Below are positions 28,928-37,495 of a DNA stretch of 64,000 bases, one piece after another. The stretch spans positions 1-64,000 of the forward strand of contig JAVQSZ010000002.1 of NCBI GenBank assembly GCA_033581555.1, given 5' to 3'. The notes beneath the pieces are model-generated. The model worked only from the letters and a program-made list of their open reading frames with translations, made no database searches and was not told the origin of the DNA. This stretch comes from Nitrososphaerota archaeon (GTDB lineage Archaea > Thermoproteota > Nitrososphaeria_A > Caldarchaeales > Calditenuaceae). Within the stretch, counting starts at the first letter, position 1. Each line of letters opens with the position of its first letter. A program made the position numbers and the translations under genes.

Positions 28928-30237
28928 GCCTCCAGGAGCGAAGCTGTTGACCCGGAGCCCGAGACCGTCGCGCCCCACGCTGCCAGCGCCAACGCCCTGG
29001 CGAGATCGTCGTGGGTCCCGGGGTCGTGGTGGAACCTGACCCTCCCTCCCTTCGTCCTCTCGTGCTTGACGGCCCTCAGCGAGTCGATCAGCCTGCTGTC
29101 GAGGTACATCCTCAGCCTCCCCGACTCCATCAGGACCCTGATCAGCAGCATCGTCCTCTCGACCTCCGCGGGACCCACTCCGATCACCTCGACCCCGTAG
29201 GACTCCAGCTGCTCCCTTATCAGGAGGCCGGCGCCGATCTCCTCCAGCGCAACCCTGAAACCCACCTCCCTCTGAAGCCTCGCCACTCTCGAGGCCGAGT
29301 AGGTGTAGCTGTCGCTCATCCAGGACTCGACGTGGACGACCCTAAGGGCGTCGCCCCTCCGCTCGACGACGACCAGCGCGTTCGGGTCGGACCTTCCTCC
29401 CCAGTCGAAGCCCGCTGTCAGGTCAGCGTCGCCGCTCGGCTGAGGGTCGTAGTCGTCGACGCACTTCCTGATCAGGTCCGCTGAGAAGAAAGACGCAGCG
29501 TCCTCGACGAACTCCGCGAGGTACTCCCTCCTGAACGCCTCATCGCCGATCAACCCCCTCTGCTCCTCCACGAACCCACTCGGGACAAGCGGACAGACGC
29601 TCACGGGCCACCTCTTCACGCTCCAGTCGCCGCTGGTGAAACACCTGTAGAAGACGTGGTTCTTGTCCCAGGGAGTGCTGATCATCAGGAAGCTCCCGCC
29701 GGTCGTCGCGACCTGGGGCATCAGGGCCTGCGTGATCACCTCCTCCGGGACGAAGGCAGCCTCGTCGACGACCACGAGGTCCGCGGTGAATCCCCTGATC
29801 GTGTGGCCGAACCTCCCTGAGGGCAGCGCGACGACCCTGCTGCCGTTGACGAACCTGACCGAAGTCCTGTCGCGGCCCGCGACCAATGAATGCCCTGCCC
29901 TTGAGGACTTGAGGAGCTCCTCGACCCTCTCGAGGAATAGCGCGCTCTGCCTCAGGGTCGGCGCGACCACCAGGCCCCTCGACCCGGACCTCGTGAGGCA
30001 GAGGTGGAGGACCTTCGCGGCCGCGGTCGTCGACTTTCCCACTTGCCTCGCGGCGCAGACGCAGATTCTGGGACTCGGATCAGTCAGGAGGTCGACTTGG
30101 TAGGGGAACGGCCTCCACGAGAGGAACTCTACTGCGAACTCGACCGGGTCCTCGGGGACGCGGGCTAGACCCGAATCCCTCAGCCTCCTAAGGGCCTCGA
30201 CCCTCCTCTTCAGCTCCCTCGGGACCGCAGGGCTCAA
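28924..30237 (-). CDS. Terminase large subunit (ATPase + RNase H-fold nuclease)
   Basis: PYQ adenine motif, ARQVGKST Walker A, VAPTLRQS, IRG..ADLVVVDEAAF Walker B, ISTP coupling motif, FRREYLAEF, GFDWGG..D and HDDL nuclease acids; TTG start overlaps the upstream stop. Confidence 0.9.
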   Translation of the reverse strand: MSPAVPRELKRRVEALRRLRDSGLARVPEDPVEFAVEFLSWRPFPYQVDLLTDPSPRICVCAARQVGKSTTAAAKVLHLCLTRSGSRGLVVAPTLRQSALFLERVEELLKSSRAGHSLVAGRDRTSVRFVNGSRVVALPSGRFGHTIRGFTADLVVVDEAAFVPEEVITQALMPQVATTGGSFLMISTPWDKNHVFYRCFTSGDWSVKRWPVSVCPLVPSGFVEEQRGLIGDEAFRREYLAEFVEDAASFFSADLIRKCVDDYDPQPSGDADLTAGFDWGGRSDPNALVVVERRGDALRVVHVESWMSDSYTYSASRVARLQREVGFRVALEEIGAGLLIREQLESYGVEVIGVGPAEVERTMLLIRVLMESGRLRMYLDSRLIDSLRAVKHERTKGGRVRFHHDPGTHDDLARALALAAWGATVSGSGSTASLLEA

Positions 30238-30548
30238 CCCGACCCGCCCTCCATCCGCTCGACCAGGGCCCGTATCTCCTCCAGCTCCCTCTCCCTCTTC
30301 AGTCTGCCCAACAGCGCCAGCCCCCTCAGCGCGATACCTACACACGCTTGAGAGGCCCTGATGTCGCCCTTCGACTTCGCGGCCTGGGAGAGCGAGCAGG
30401 CCTCCTGGACCAGCGCCCAGACCTCGTCCTCGATCCTCCTCCAGTCAGAAGGCGCCTGCTTCTCCTGCGGCCTCCTCTCGATCGCCTTCGCGAGCCTCGC
30501 GAGCCTCCTTTCGACCCTCGTGACCGTCCGGATCAGGGAGCCCCTCAA
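30234..30548 (-). CDS. All-helical protein, candidate terminase small subunit
   Basis: 104 aa, basic and helical, translationally coupled directly upstream of TerL (positional inference). Confidence 0.5.
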   Translation of the reverse strand: MRGSLIRTVTRVERRLARLAKAIERRPQEKQAPSDWRRIEDEVWALVQEACSLSQAAKSKGDIRASQACVGIALRGLALLGRLKRERELEEIRALVERMEGGSG

Positions 30549-30889
30549 AGCCCCTCACCGTAGTACCTCACGTTGTCGAGGTAGTTCCTCACGCCCTTCT
30601 TCGGGACGCTGAACCTCTCCCTCTCGACGCTCTCGATGAGTTGAACAGGGATGTACGTGATGTCACTGGTCTCGGGCTTCCTCTCCACCACTAGTCGCAA
30701 GTACTCGATCCTCTCGCCCCTCACGAACCCTCCGAACGCGCCAATCGAGTAGATCGGGCTGTCTATGACTTCCGGGTTCTTCACGGTGTTCGGAACGTCC
30801 CTCCAGGTGCAGGCGTCCCACCACTTCACCACCACAAGTTCCCCCTCCTTCACTCCTTTCAAGAGCTCCCTCACCCTCCTATTGGCCAC
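30545..30889 (-). CDS. Virus-type small beta-barrel protein (WxDA...S.G...IP motif, possibly Sm-like)
   Basis: LVVVKWWDA...SIG...TYIPVQLIESVE pattern; first gene of the terminase operon. Confidence 0.55.
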   Translation of the reverse strand: MANRRVRELLKGVKEGELVVVKWWDACTWRDVPNTVKNPEVIDSPIYSIGAFGGFVRGERIEYLRLVVERKPETSDITYIPVQLIESVERERFSVPKKGVRNYLDNVRYYGEGL

Positions 30890-31012
30890 GTCAATTCAGA
30901 ACATGGCCTGGCTTACTGGTTACCGGTTTTTTGAATTTTGGCGAAGTTCTGTTTTGAAAACAGTCTTTCAACATAGCGAGGGCTAATCCGAGGCTCGATC
31001 ACTCGAAGACCG
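30890..31012. promoter_or_regulatory. Divergent AT-rich promoter with a palindromic operator
   Basis: Perfect inverted repeat CTGTTTT-G-AAAACAG at 30949-30963 and T-tracts between two divergent operons. Confidence 0.6.
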
Positions 31013-31339
31013 ATGTACGGCTCAATACGGGAGGTAAGGGTCAAGGTAGGACTGCAGGAGGACGACTCGTCCCTCGACCAGCTGCTGGCGGTCTTCCTCG
31101 AGGAGGCGGAGGCCCTGATCGACGCGACCCTCGAGTCCCACGGGCACCAGGTCCCGCTCGCGGACCCACCGCTGAGGATCAGGAAGCTCTCCAGCACCGT
31201 CGCCGCGCTCCTCTTTCTGGCGTGGAGGTCGACGAGGAAGGAGGAGGCCGCTTCACTATTGAGGGCGGTGAGGGAGGAGCTCGCGGCCCTCGGGGAGGAC
31301 ATCAGGGCGAGGGGCACGGTGCTCCTGACGGGTGAGTGA
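31013..31339 (+). CDS. Head-tail adaptor-like protein (HK97 gp6/SPP1 gp15-like)
   Basis: Y.S..EV+..+G....DSSLDQLL...LEEAEALID helical-bundle pattern, ~108 aa. Confidence 0.65.
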   Translation: MYGSIREVRVKVGLQEDDSSLDQLLAVFLEEAEALIDATLESHGHQVPLADPPLRIRKLSSTVAALLFLAWRSTRKEEAASLLRAVREELAALGEDIRARGTVLLTGE

Positions 31340-31568
31340 GGTGAGGAGGGAGGCGAGGCTGACGGTGAGGAGGAACCAGAGGGGCGTTACGGTCAGCTTC
31401 GGCGTCGAGGACTGGCTCGGTGCCCTAGCGATCTTCCTAGCCGTGGCCTTCGTGGCTCTCCTCTGGGCAGGCAGGGCGATAGAGGCGACGCTGGTCGGGA
31501 GCTTCGGCGGCGCCCTCTCGCTGAGCGAGATGGTCAGGAGGGCCGGGAGGAGGTCGGGTAAGAGGTGA
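31332..31568 (+). CDS. Small two-TM membrane protein
   Basis: Two hydrophobic segments and a basic C-terminus; overlaps its neighbours. Confidence 0.6.
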   Translation: MSEVRREARLTVRRNQRGVTVSFGVEDWLGALAIFLAVAFVALLWAGRAIEATLVGSFGGALSLSEMVRRAGRRSGKR

Positions 31569-31771
31569 GGTGCAGGTCCACTTGCGCCTCAGTCGAGGGC
31601 GCGTCGAGGAGGGTGAGGTATGGGCTCGGGTACGCCTGGTGCGCGGTCTGCGAGGTCGCGTTACCCTCGAGGTGCTGCGAGGACAGAGGAGGCTCGCTGA
31701 GGTGCCCCTGCTGCAACAGCTCCGTCAGGCTCTCGCCGAGGACCAAGAGGTGGTACGCGGTTGGAGCATGA
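31565..31771 (+). CDS. Small Cys-rich zinc-finger protein
   Basis: CxxxC...RY..G...CxxCE...CPCC...R..PR; coupled by a GTGA overlap. Confidence 0.65.
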   Translation: MRCRSTCASVEGASRRVRYGLGYAWCAVCEVALPSRCCEDRGGSLRCPCCNSSVRLSPRTKRWYAVGA

Positions 31772-32051
31772 GGTCCAGCTGAGCCTCTCCTCGGCCCTCT
31801 TTGGCGCGCTCTACGGAGCTGTCTTCGCCGGCGCGGGCTACCTCAAGTCGAGGAGGCGGGAGGAGTTCTCGCCGGAGAAGTTCCTCAGGACGGTCGCCCT
31901 CGGGGCGCTGGTCGGCCTGACCTCGGCGCACCTTGGACTCGAGCTCGACGACGTCCGCCTAGACCAGATGCTCCTCACCGGAGGTACCGTGACGCTGCTT
32001 AACGACCTGCTGAGCGCCATGCTCGCTTCCCGGAGGGGCTTGAGGAGATGA
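31761..32051 (+). CDS. Small membrane protein, holin-like
   Basis: TM - GYLK...EEFSPEKFLRT - TM pattern with a basic C-tail. Confidence 0.55.
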   Translation: MEHEVQLSLSSALFGALYGAVFAGAGYLKSRRREEFSPEKFLRTVALGALVGLTSAHLGLELDDVRLDQMLLTGGTVTLLNDLLSAMLASRRGLRR

Positions 32052-32647
32052 GGGTCACGCTGCTGGCCGGGCTCGCGCTCGCCTCCCTCGCCCTGATCGG
32101 AGGGGGGATCGCTCTCTCCTCGCCCGAGTCGGAGCTTGTAAAGAGGACGGTCGTGAGGGAGTTCCACGTCCCGCTCCCCGGCGACTTCCCGGTCCACTTC
32201 GATGAGTACGAGATTAGGGTGAGGTGGAGGACCGCCGAGTCGCTGGCCCTCTTGGCAGCTGGTTCGGTCGCCCTCGCGGCTGCTGCGGGACTTGCGTACT
32301 CCGAGAGGTCCACCGTCTTCAGAAGGGTGGTCGCGGCGCTCGGCACCGCCTACGGCATCGGGGTCGCGATGCTGGTGGCCTCGAGGAGAGACTTCAGGAC
32401 CGCGGCACCGATCCTCCTGCCTCTGGGAGTCGCGGTGATGGCGCTCTCGCTGACGCTGATGAGGCTGCTTGGGAGTAGGCCCGAGGAGGATCTCAACCGA
32501 CGCGAGCCCTCACGCGGACAGAGACGACCGTCGATTTCCTCCCCGACTCGAGGACGTCGAGGACCCTCAGCTCGTAGGGGAAGAGCTCCAGAGGCCGGCC
32601 GCCGACTTCCCTCGGGCCCTCGGAGAGGACCAGCTCTGCGAACCTGA
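32048..32647 (+). CDS. Multi-pass membrane protein (3' ~50 codons overlap an opposite-strand gene)
   Basis: Four hydrophobic helices in the first ~140 aa; ATGA coupling. Confidence 0.55.
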   Translation: MRVTLLAGLALASLALIGGGIALSSPESELVKRTVVREFHVPLPGDFPVHFDEYEIRVRWRTAESLALLAAGSVALAAAAGLAYSERSTVFRRVVAALGTAYGIGVAMLVASRRDFRTAAPILLPLGVAVMALSLTLMRLLGSRPEEDLNRREPSRGQRRPSISSPTRGRRGPSARRGRAPEAGRRLPSGPRRGPALRT

Positions 32648-32915
32648 CTGCAGCGCTGACCGCCTCCGATGCCTGAAGCACTGCGTCCGGCCTCGAGCTC
32701 TCCACGACGACCTCGTACTCCTGGTCGGCGCCGATCCCGCTCCCGCCGACGGTTGTCCTCTCGAGGCGCACCTCCCTCAGCAAGACGAAGGCCCTCGGGT
32801 AGATGGGCAGCGTGACCTCCCTCACAACGGCCGCGATCAATCCCTCCTCCCTCAGCCTCTCAACGAGCCCGAGCAGCGCGCCCTCGACCTCCTTGACCAT
32901 CAGGCCTCGGCTCAT
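32493..32915 (-). CDS. Tail terminator/completion-like protein (lambda gpU/SPP1 gp17-like)
   Basis: 140 aa, helix - YP.AFV strand - YEVVVES strand - helix - terminal strand layout; viral context. Confidence 0.45.
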   Translation of the reverse strand: MSRGLMVKEVEGALLGLVERLREEGLIAAVVREVTLPIYPRAFVLLREVRLERTTVGGSGIGADQEYEVVVESSRPDAVLQASEAVSAAVRFAELVLSEGPREVGGRPLELFPYELRVLDVLESGRKSTVVSVRVRARVG

Positions 32916-33100
32916 CTCCGCTCCGCCCTGATCAGGAACCCTTCCCTCGAGATCAGGTCCCTGATCGCCATCCGGACTGCCTCGGCGACGCTAGCGTAGA
33001 CCCCCGAGTCGACCAGCTCCTCCAGCGCGTCGAGGTACGCCTCAGGCAGCCTCACTGTCAGGGGCCTCAGGCCGCTCTTGGTCCTGAGCTGGACCGCCAA
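32912..33100 (-). CDS. Ribbon-helix-helix (CopG/Arc) regulator
   Basis: LTVRLPEAYLDALEELVDSGVYASVAEAVRMAIRDLI. Confidence 0.88.
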   Translation of the reverse strand: MAVQLRTKSGLRPLTVRLPEAYLDALEELVDSGVYASVAEAVRMAIRDLISREGFLIRAERR

Positions 33101-33223
33101 CCCGGTGAGTCCGCGGGCCCATCCGATTTAAGCGGAGAGAGCAGGACCGGTGCGAAGGTGGAAGTGCGCGCGGAGCTTGAACCGGAATACGCTATTATCC
33201 CACAATCGGAATCCAGTGCCGAG

Positions 33224-34147
33224 ATGAGGGGGCACTTCCTCGAGGTCCTGGACCTCTCGAGGGACGAGTTCGTCGAGGCCGTCAGGACCGCTGTGCGATT
33301 CAAGACGGAAGGTTACCCGAGCTCGGGGCTGAAGGGGAAGACGATCGCGCTGATCTTCGAGAAGCCCTCGACAAGGACGCGGGTCTCTTTCACCTCCGCG
33401 ATCAGCAGGCTCGGTGGGAGGTTCGACTACATCTCGTCCGCGGAGCTGCAGCTCGCTAGGGGCGAACCGGTCAGCGACGTGGGGAGGGTCCTCTCGAGGT
33501 ACGTCGACGGACTCGTCTGCAGGGTCTACAGCCACTCGACGCTGGAGGAGCTGGCCGCGAACTCAAGGGTCCCGGTGATCAACGCCCTTTCGGACAAGCA
33601 CCACCCCTGCCAGGCCCTAGCCGACTTGATGACGGTCTTCGAGCTGAAGAAGACCTTCAAGGGGGTCAAGGTGGCCTTCGTCGGGGACGGGAACAACGTC
33701 GCCACCTCCCTGATGCAGGCCTGCGCCCTGACCGGCGTCGACTTCGCGATCGCCTCACCTGAGGGCTACTGGGTCCCTGAAGAGGAGAGGAGGAAGGCCC
33801 TCGAGTCCGCAAGGGCCTCTGGCGCGGAGCTCACATTCACCGAGGACCCGGTCGAGGCCGTGAGGGACGCGGACTTCGTCTACACCGACGTCTTCGTCTC
33901 GATGGGTTTCGAGGCAGAGAGGGAGCGGAGGCTGAAGGCCTTCCTGCCTCGCTACAGGGTCACGAGGGAGCTGATGTCCAAGGCCAAACCCGGAGCCAAG
34001 TTCATGCACTGCATGCCTGTGAAGAGGGGCGAGGAGGTTGAGGCCGAGGTGGCCGACGGTCCGAGCTCCGTGATGATCGACCAAGCCGAGAACAGGATGC
34101 ACACGGAGGCTGCGCTCCTGTACCTAATCTACGGCAGGTGGAAATGA
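33224..34147 (+). CDS. argF: Ornithine carbamoyltransferase
   Basis: FEKPSTRTR, HPCQALAD, GDGNNV, YTDVFVSMG, MHCMP, QAENR. Confidence 0.95.
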   Translation: MRGHFLEVLDLSRDEFVEAVRTAVRFKTEGYPSSGLKGKTIALIFEKPSTRTRVSFTSAISRLGGRFDYISSAELQLARGEPVSDVGRVLSRYVDGLVCRVYSHSTLEELAANSRVPVINALSDKHHPCQALADLMTVFELKKTFKGVKVAFVGDGNNVATSLMQACALTGVDFAIASPEGYWVPEEERRKALESARASGAELTFTEDPVEAVRDADFVYTDVFVSMGFEAERERRLKAFLPRYRVTRELMSKAKPGAKFMHCMPVKRGEEVEAEVADGPSSVMIDQAENRMHTEAALLYLIYGRWK

Positions 34148-34208
34148 GTTTCAGAGGTGACGGAGAAAGCTTATAACCGTTAGTTGATGTTGTAACATAA
34201 GGGCTGCG

Positions 34209-34502
34209 TTGCTGGACCCCTCGACGCAGCAGTACGTCGTCCACGGCATCACTTTGATGGTCGGGATGTTGATTGGGTACGGGTTGGCACAGGCCCTGAG
34301 GGGACTTGTGTTAGTGACCTTGGTCATCGCCGTCACGGTGCTGCTCGGCCTCGCCCTCGCTGACGTGCTGCCCCTCCAGTCTCTCCTCGAGTCCTTGAGG
34401 CCGATAATGGATTCGGTGAGGAGCCTGCTCGGACCCCTTCTGAGCTACCCAATGTTCTTCGTCGGGCTCCTGATCGGAATGGCCTTCGGGCTGGCTAAGT
34501 GA
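34209..34502 (+). CDS. Small membrane protein (about 3 TM)
   Basis: Highly hydrophobic 97-aa ORF downstream of TTATAA. Confidence 0.6.
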   Translation: MLDPSTQQYVVHGITLMVGMLIGYGLAQALRGLVLVTLVIAVTVLLGLALADVLPLQSLLESLRPIMDSVRSLLGPLLSYPMFFVGLLIGMAFGLAK

Positions 34503-34551
34503 TCGCAGCTTTGGGGTTAGATTATTAGGTGAGTCATCGCGGTAACCGGGG

Positions 34552-36684
34552 ATGCGGAGCGGAGCGGGTAGGCTGCTGGAGAGGCTCTCCGATCCCCTGA
34601 GGTGGCTCGACAGGAGGCTTGGCGGGAGGCTGACCCCGCTCGAGGCCGCTATACTGCTGCTCGCCGTCTCGGCGGCCTTCATGGTGAGGTCCCTCCCCGC
34701 GAGGTGGGGCCCGGTCCTCAGCGAGTTCGACCCCTGGTGGCACTACACGGTCGCGAGGATGATCATCGAGAGGGGCTGGGCCGGGTTCTGGGAGTTCAGG
34801 GGGATGGTCGACACGCTCTCGTGGCACCCGACTGGCCTCAACGTGGGGACCACCTTCTACCCCGGAGTGGCCTTCACCATGGCCTTCGTCTACCTGACCC
34901 TCTCGTCGATGGGCGTATCGGTCGACCCCGTCGCGCTCGCAGCAGCGCTCCCAGTCTTCTACGGCATGGTCACCGTCGTAGCCGTTTACTTCTTCGCGAG
35001 GTACGTCGTCGGGAGGGGCGCTGCCCTCGCCTCCGCGCTCCTCCTAGCGCTCAGCGCGGCCCACATCTCGAGGACCCACTACGGCTGGTTCGACGACGAG
35101 GCCCTCTCGATACCGCTGATGCACGCGGCCTTCATCTTCTACCTGATAGCCATCAACGAGAAGAGGACACTGAGGGGCTCCTTGTTCTTCGGCCTCATCG
35201 CGGGGCTACTGATCGGGTACGTCACGGCCACCTGGGGAGCTCACAGGCTAGTGATCGCGCTGATACCGCTCTACACGGCTGTGCTTGCACTGTTGGGCAG
35301 GATGGACAGGAGGATCCTAGTGGCCTATCTCGCGACCTTCGCGACCTACGCCTCGATAGCCGTCAACGTCCCCAAGCTCGGCGTAGGCTACCTCACCGAG
35401 ATCAGCATGGCTGCGGGCTGGCTGGTCATACCATATCTGGTGGCCGCGTGGCTGGCGAAGGAGCGCCTCGACGAAGTGAGGTCCCTCCTCGTGACGAGGG
35501 GCATCGTGCTGGCCATCGGGGTAGTGGGATTGGCATCCCTCGCGCTCGGAGCCCTCGACATACCCGGCCTGAAGTTCTTCTCAGTGTTGCTCCCGCAGCT
35601 GAGGGGCACCCTCCCGATCGTGCAGTCGGTGGCCGAGAACCAGCTCGCTACTTGGGGCTCGCTCTTCCTCGACTTCGGCCCGACGCTCCTCCTCGCGCCC
35701 TTCGCGCTCTACCTCCTGGTGAAGAGGGGGACCAACGAGTCGGTCTTCCTGACGGTCTACGCGGTCCTGGCCTTTTACTTCGCCTCCTCGATGGTGAGGC
35801 TCGCCCTCCCGACCTCGCCGGTCGTGGCCGTTCTCGCCGGGACGACGACCTCCCACGTCCTCGAGTCGACCTTCAAGGCCCTAGCGGCTCCCGCCCCGAG
35901 GGCCAGGAGAAGGGCGCCGTTCGATAGCAGGGTTGCGATCGCTGTCCCGCTGGCCGTCCTGCTAGCGCTGACGCTGTACTACGTCCCCGCCAAAGCCGGG
36001 GGACTCTCCCAGTACTCCAGCATCGACTACGCCGACGTCCCGCCGACCGTGCTGGCCAGCAGCCTGCCCGTCAAGCAACCCCTCCACGATTGGCCGAGGG
36101 CCCTCGAGTGGATGAGGAACAACCTACCTCAGGACGCGGTCGTGGCGTCCTGGTGGGACTATGGCAACTGGATCTCGAGGCTCGGCAACAGGACCAGCAT
36201 CATCGACAACACGACCATCGACAGCATCAGGATCGCGAAGACAGCCTACGCCTTCCTCTCGCCTCCGAACGCGAGCAAGAGGATCTTCAAGGAGCTTGGT
36301 GCGACACACGTACTGATCTTCGTGACCTTCGCACCCTTTGTCGGAGGCCAGCAGGGAGGCCAGCTCTTATTTTACGGAGACGAAAGCAAATGGTATTGGA
36401 TGCTGAAGATAGCGAATCAAGAGGCGGAGAACATCGGTTATCAGAGGATAGATGAGGCGAGCCTTTTAGGCCCTGAGGGATCCCCGACCACAGCTACCGA
36501 GAAGTTCTGGAGGGAGACGACGCTAGGGCTGATGATACCCTATAAGCCAGTGAGGCTCGGGGCGCAGACCTACTACACGTACAGTCCGCCCCAGATAGAA
36601 GGGTTCAGACTGGTCTACTCATCAAGTCCGCCGTATAGCCCCAACACCTACGCCTACGTTTACATCTACGAGATCGTGGACTGA
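34552..36684 (+). CDS. aglB: Oligosaccharyltransferase AglB (STT3)
   Basis: EFDPWWHY, WFDDE, SVAEN, WWDYG, DNTT; many TM helices. Confidence 0.95.
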   Translation: MRSGAGRLLERLSDPLRWLDRRLGGRLTPLEAAILLLAVSAAFMVRSLPARWGPVLSEFDPWWHYTVARMIIERGWAGFWEFRGMVDTLSWHPTGLNVGTTFYPGVAFTMAFVYLTLSSMGVSVDPVALAAALPVFYGMVTVVAVYFFARYVVGRGAALASALLLALSAAHISRTHYGWFDDEALSIPLMHAAFIFYLIAINEKRTLRGSLFFGLIAGLLIGYVTATWGAHRLVIALIPLYTAVLALLGRMDRRILVAYLATFATYASIAVNVPKLGVGYLTEISMAAGWLVIPYLVAAWLAKERLDEVRSLLVTRGIVLAIGVVGLASLALGALDIPGLKFFSVLLPQLRGTLPIVQSVAENQLATWGSLFLDFGPTLLLAPFALYLLVKRGTNESVFLTVYAVLAFYFASSMVRLALPTSPVVAVLAGTTTSHVLESTFKALAAPAPRARRRAPFDSRVAIAVPLAVLLALTLYYVPAKAGGLSQYSSIDYADVPPTVLASSLPVKQPLHDWPRALEWMRNNLPQDAVVASWWDYGNWISRLGNRTSIIDNTTIDSIRIAKTAYAFLSPPNASKRIFKELGATHVLIFVTFAPFVGGQQGGQLLFYGDESKWYWMLKIANQEAENIGYQRIDEASLLGPEGSPTTATEKFWRETTLGLMIPYKPVRLGAQTYYTYSPPQIEGFRLVYSSSPPYSPNTYAYVYIYEIVD

Positions 36685-36685
36685 G

Positions 36686-37462
36686 TCATCCGATGTAGGA
36701 CGGCCTCCTCTCCTCTTCCTCCCCGTGCTCCAGCATCCCCCTCACGGCCCTCTCCATCTGCTGGATGAACCTCTGCTGCTTTGCGACCTCCTCGTCAAGC
36801 CTCGTGGTGTCGATCTGGATCCCGAGAAGAGTCGAGATCAGCTGAGCAAGCCTCTTAGTGGCCCTGAAGTCGGGCATGAACGCCTCGGTGTCGGCGACGA
36901 CGAACATCGCCCTCGCGCCGGAGATCACGCACCTCCTGAGGAGCGCCGAAGAGAGTCTGTCCATTGGGAGCGCGTCCATGGATGGGGCCATCTTCGCGCC
37001 CAGGGCCACTGCCCTCCTGAGGAGTTCCTGGTCGGTGGAGGCGACGTAGAGGTCGCCGGTGCCCGTGAACCTGCTGCTCGAGACGACGATGAGCAGGTCC
37101 TCCGGAATGATCCCCAGATCCCTGACGAGCCTCTCCGAGACCGACTCGCCGGCCTCCGTCGAGTCGACGACGAAGTTCCTCACGAGGACGACCGCGTTTA
37201 CCGAGTCGACGTACTGGTAGACCTCGACCTTGGGGAGGCTCGAGACCCCCTCGCTGTCGATCAGACAGACCTGCGGGAAGTGCGGGGAGAAGAGGGACTT
37301 CACCCTCCTGACGCCCTTCTGCTCCAGGAGGACGTTCGCGAGGATCATGCCCACGGCCCCAGGCCCGGGAGAGAGGTCCAACAGGACCTTCTTCCCCCTC
37401 ACGAACTCCGCGTGTTCCTCGACCAGATCCAAAACCGAAGCACCTCCGTTCTTCTCGCTCAA
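36686..37462 (-). CDS. PAC2-family proteasome assembly chaperone
   Basis: PGPGAVG, SPHFP, PDFRA, L..IDTTRL, C-terminal SYIG. Confidence 0.72.
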   Translation of the reverse strand: MSEKNGGASVLDLVEEHAEFVRGKKVLLDLSPGPGAVGMILANVLLEQKGVRRVKSLFSPHFPQVCLIDSEGVSSLPKVEVYQYVDSVNAVVLVRNFVVDSTEAGESVSERLVRDLGIIPEDLLIVVSSSRFTGTGDLYVASTDQELLRRAVALGAKMAPSMDALPMDRLSSALLRRCVISGARAMFVVADTEAFMPDFRATKRLAQLISTLLGIQIDTTRLDEEVAKQQRFIQQMERAVRGMLEHGEEEERRPSYIG

Positions 37463-37495
37463 CGCCCTCGATTTAAGCCGCTCGGGAGAAGCCGC

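Larger units (their letters stand above)
27048..33100. mobile_element. Tailed-virus-derived packaging/neck gene cluster (provirus remnant or domesticated GTA-like locus)
   Basis: Terminase large subunit, candidate TerS, gp6-like adaptor, tail-terminator-like gene, membrane proteins and RHH-like regulators; no integrase, att, capsid or portal recognised; boundaries approximate. Confidence 0.7.

Noticed and set aside
26966-33134. Near-identical 12-mers CCGAATTAAGCG (26966-26977) and CCGATTTAAGCG (33123-33134) flanking the virus-like locus as possible attL/attR
   Set aside because: Each lies ~25-35 nt upstream of a minus-strand start codon and reads as a TATA box (CTTAAT/CTTAAA). A similar word precedes the PAC2 gene (~37468). 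No integrase or tRNA is adjacent.
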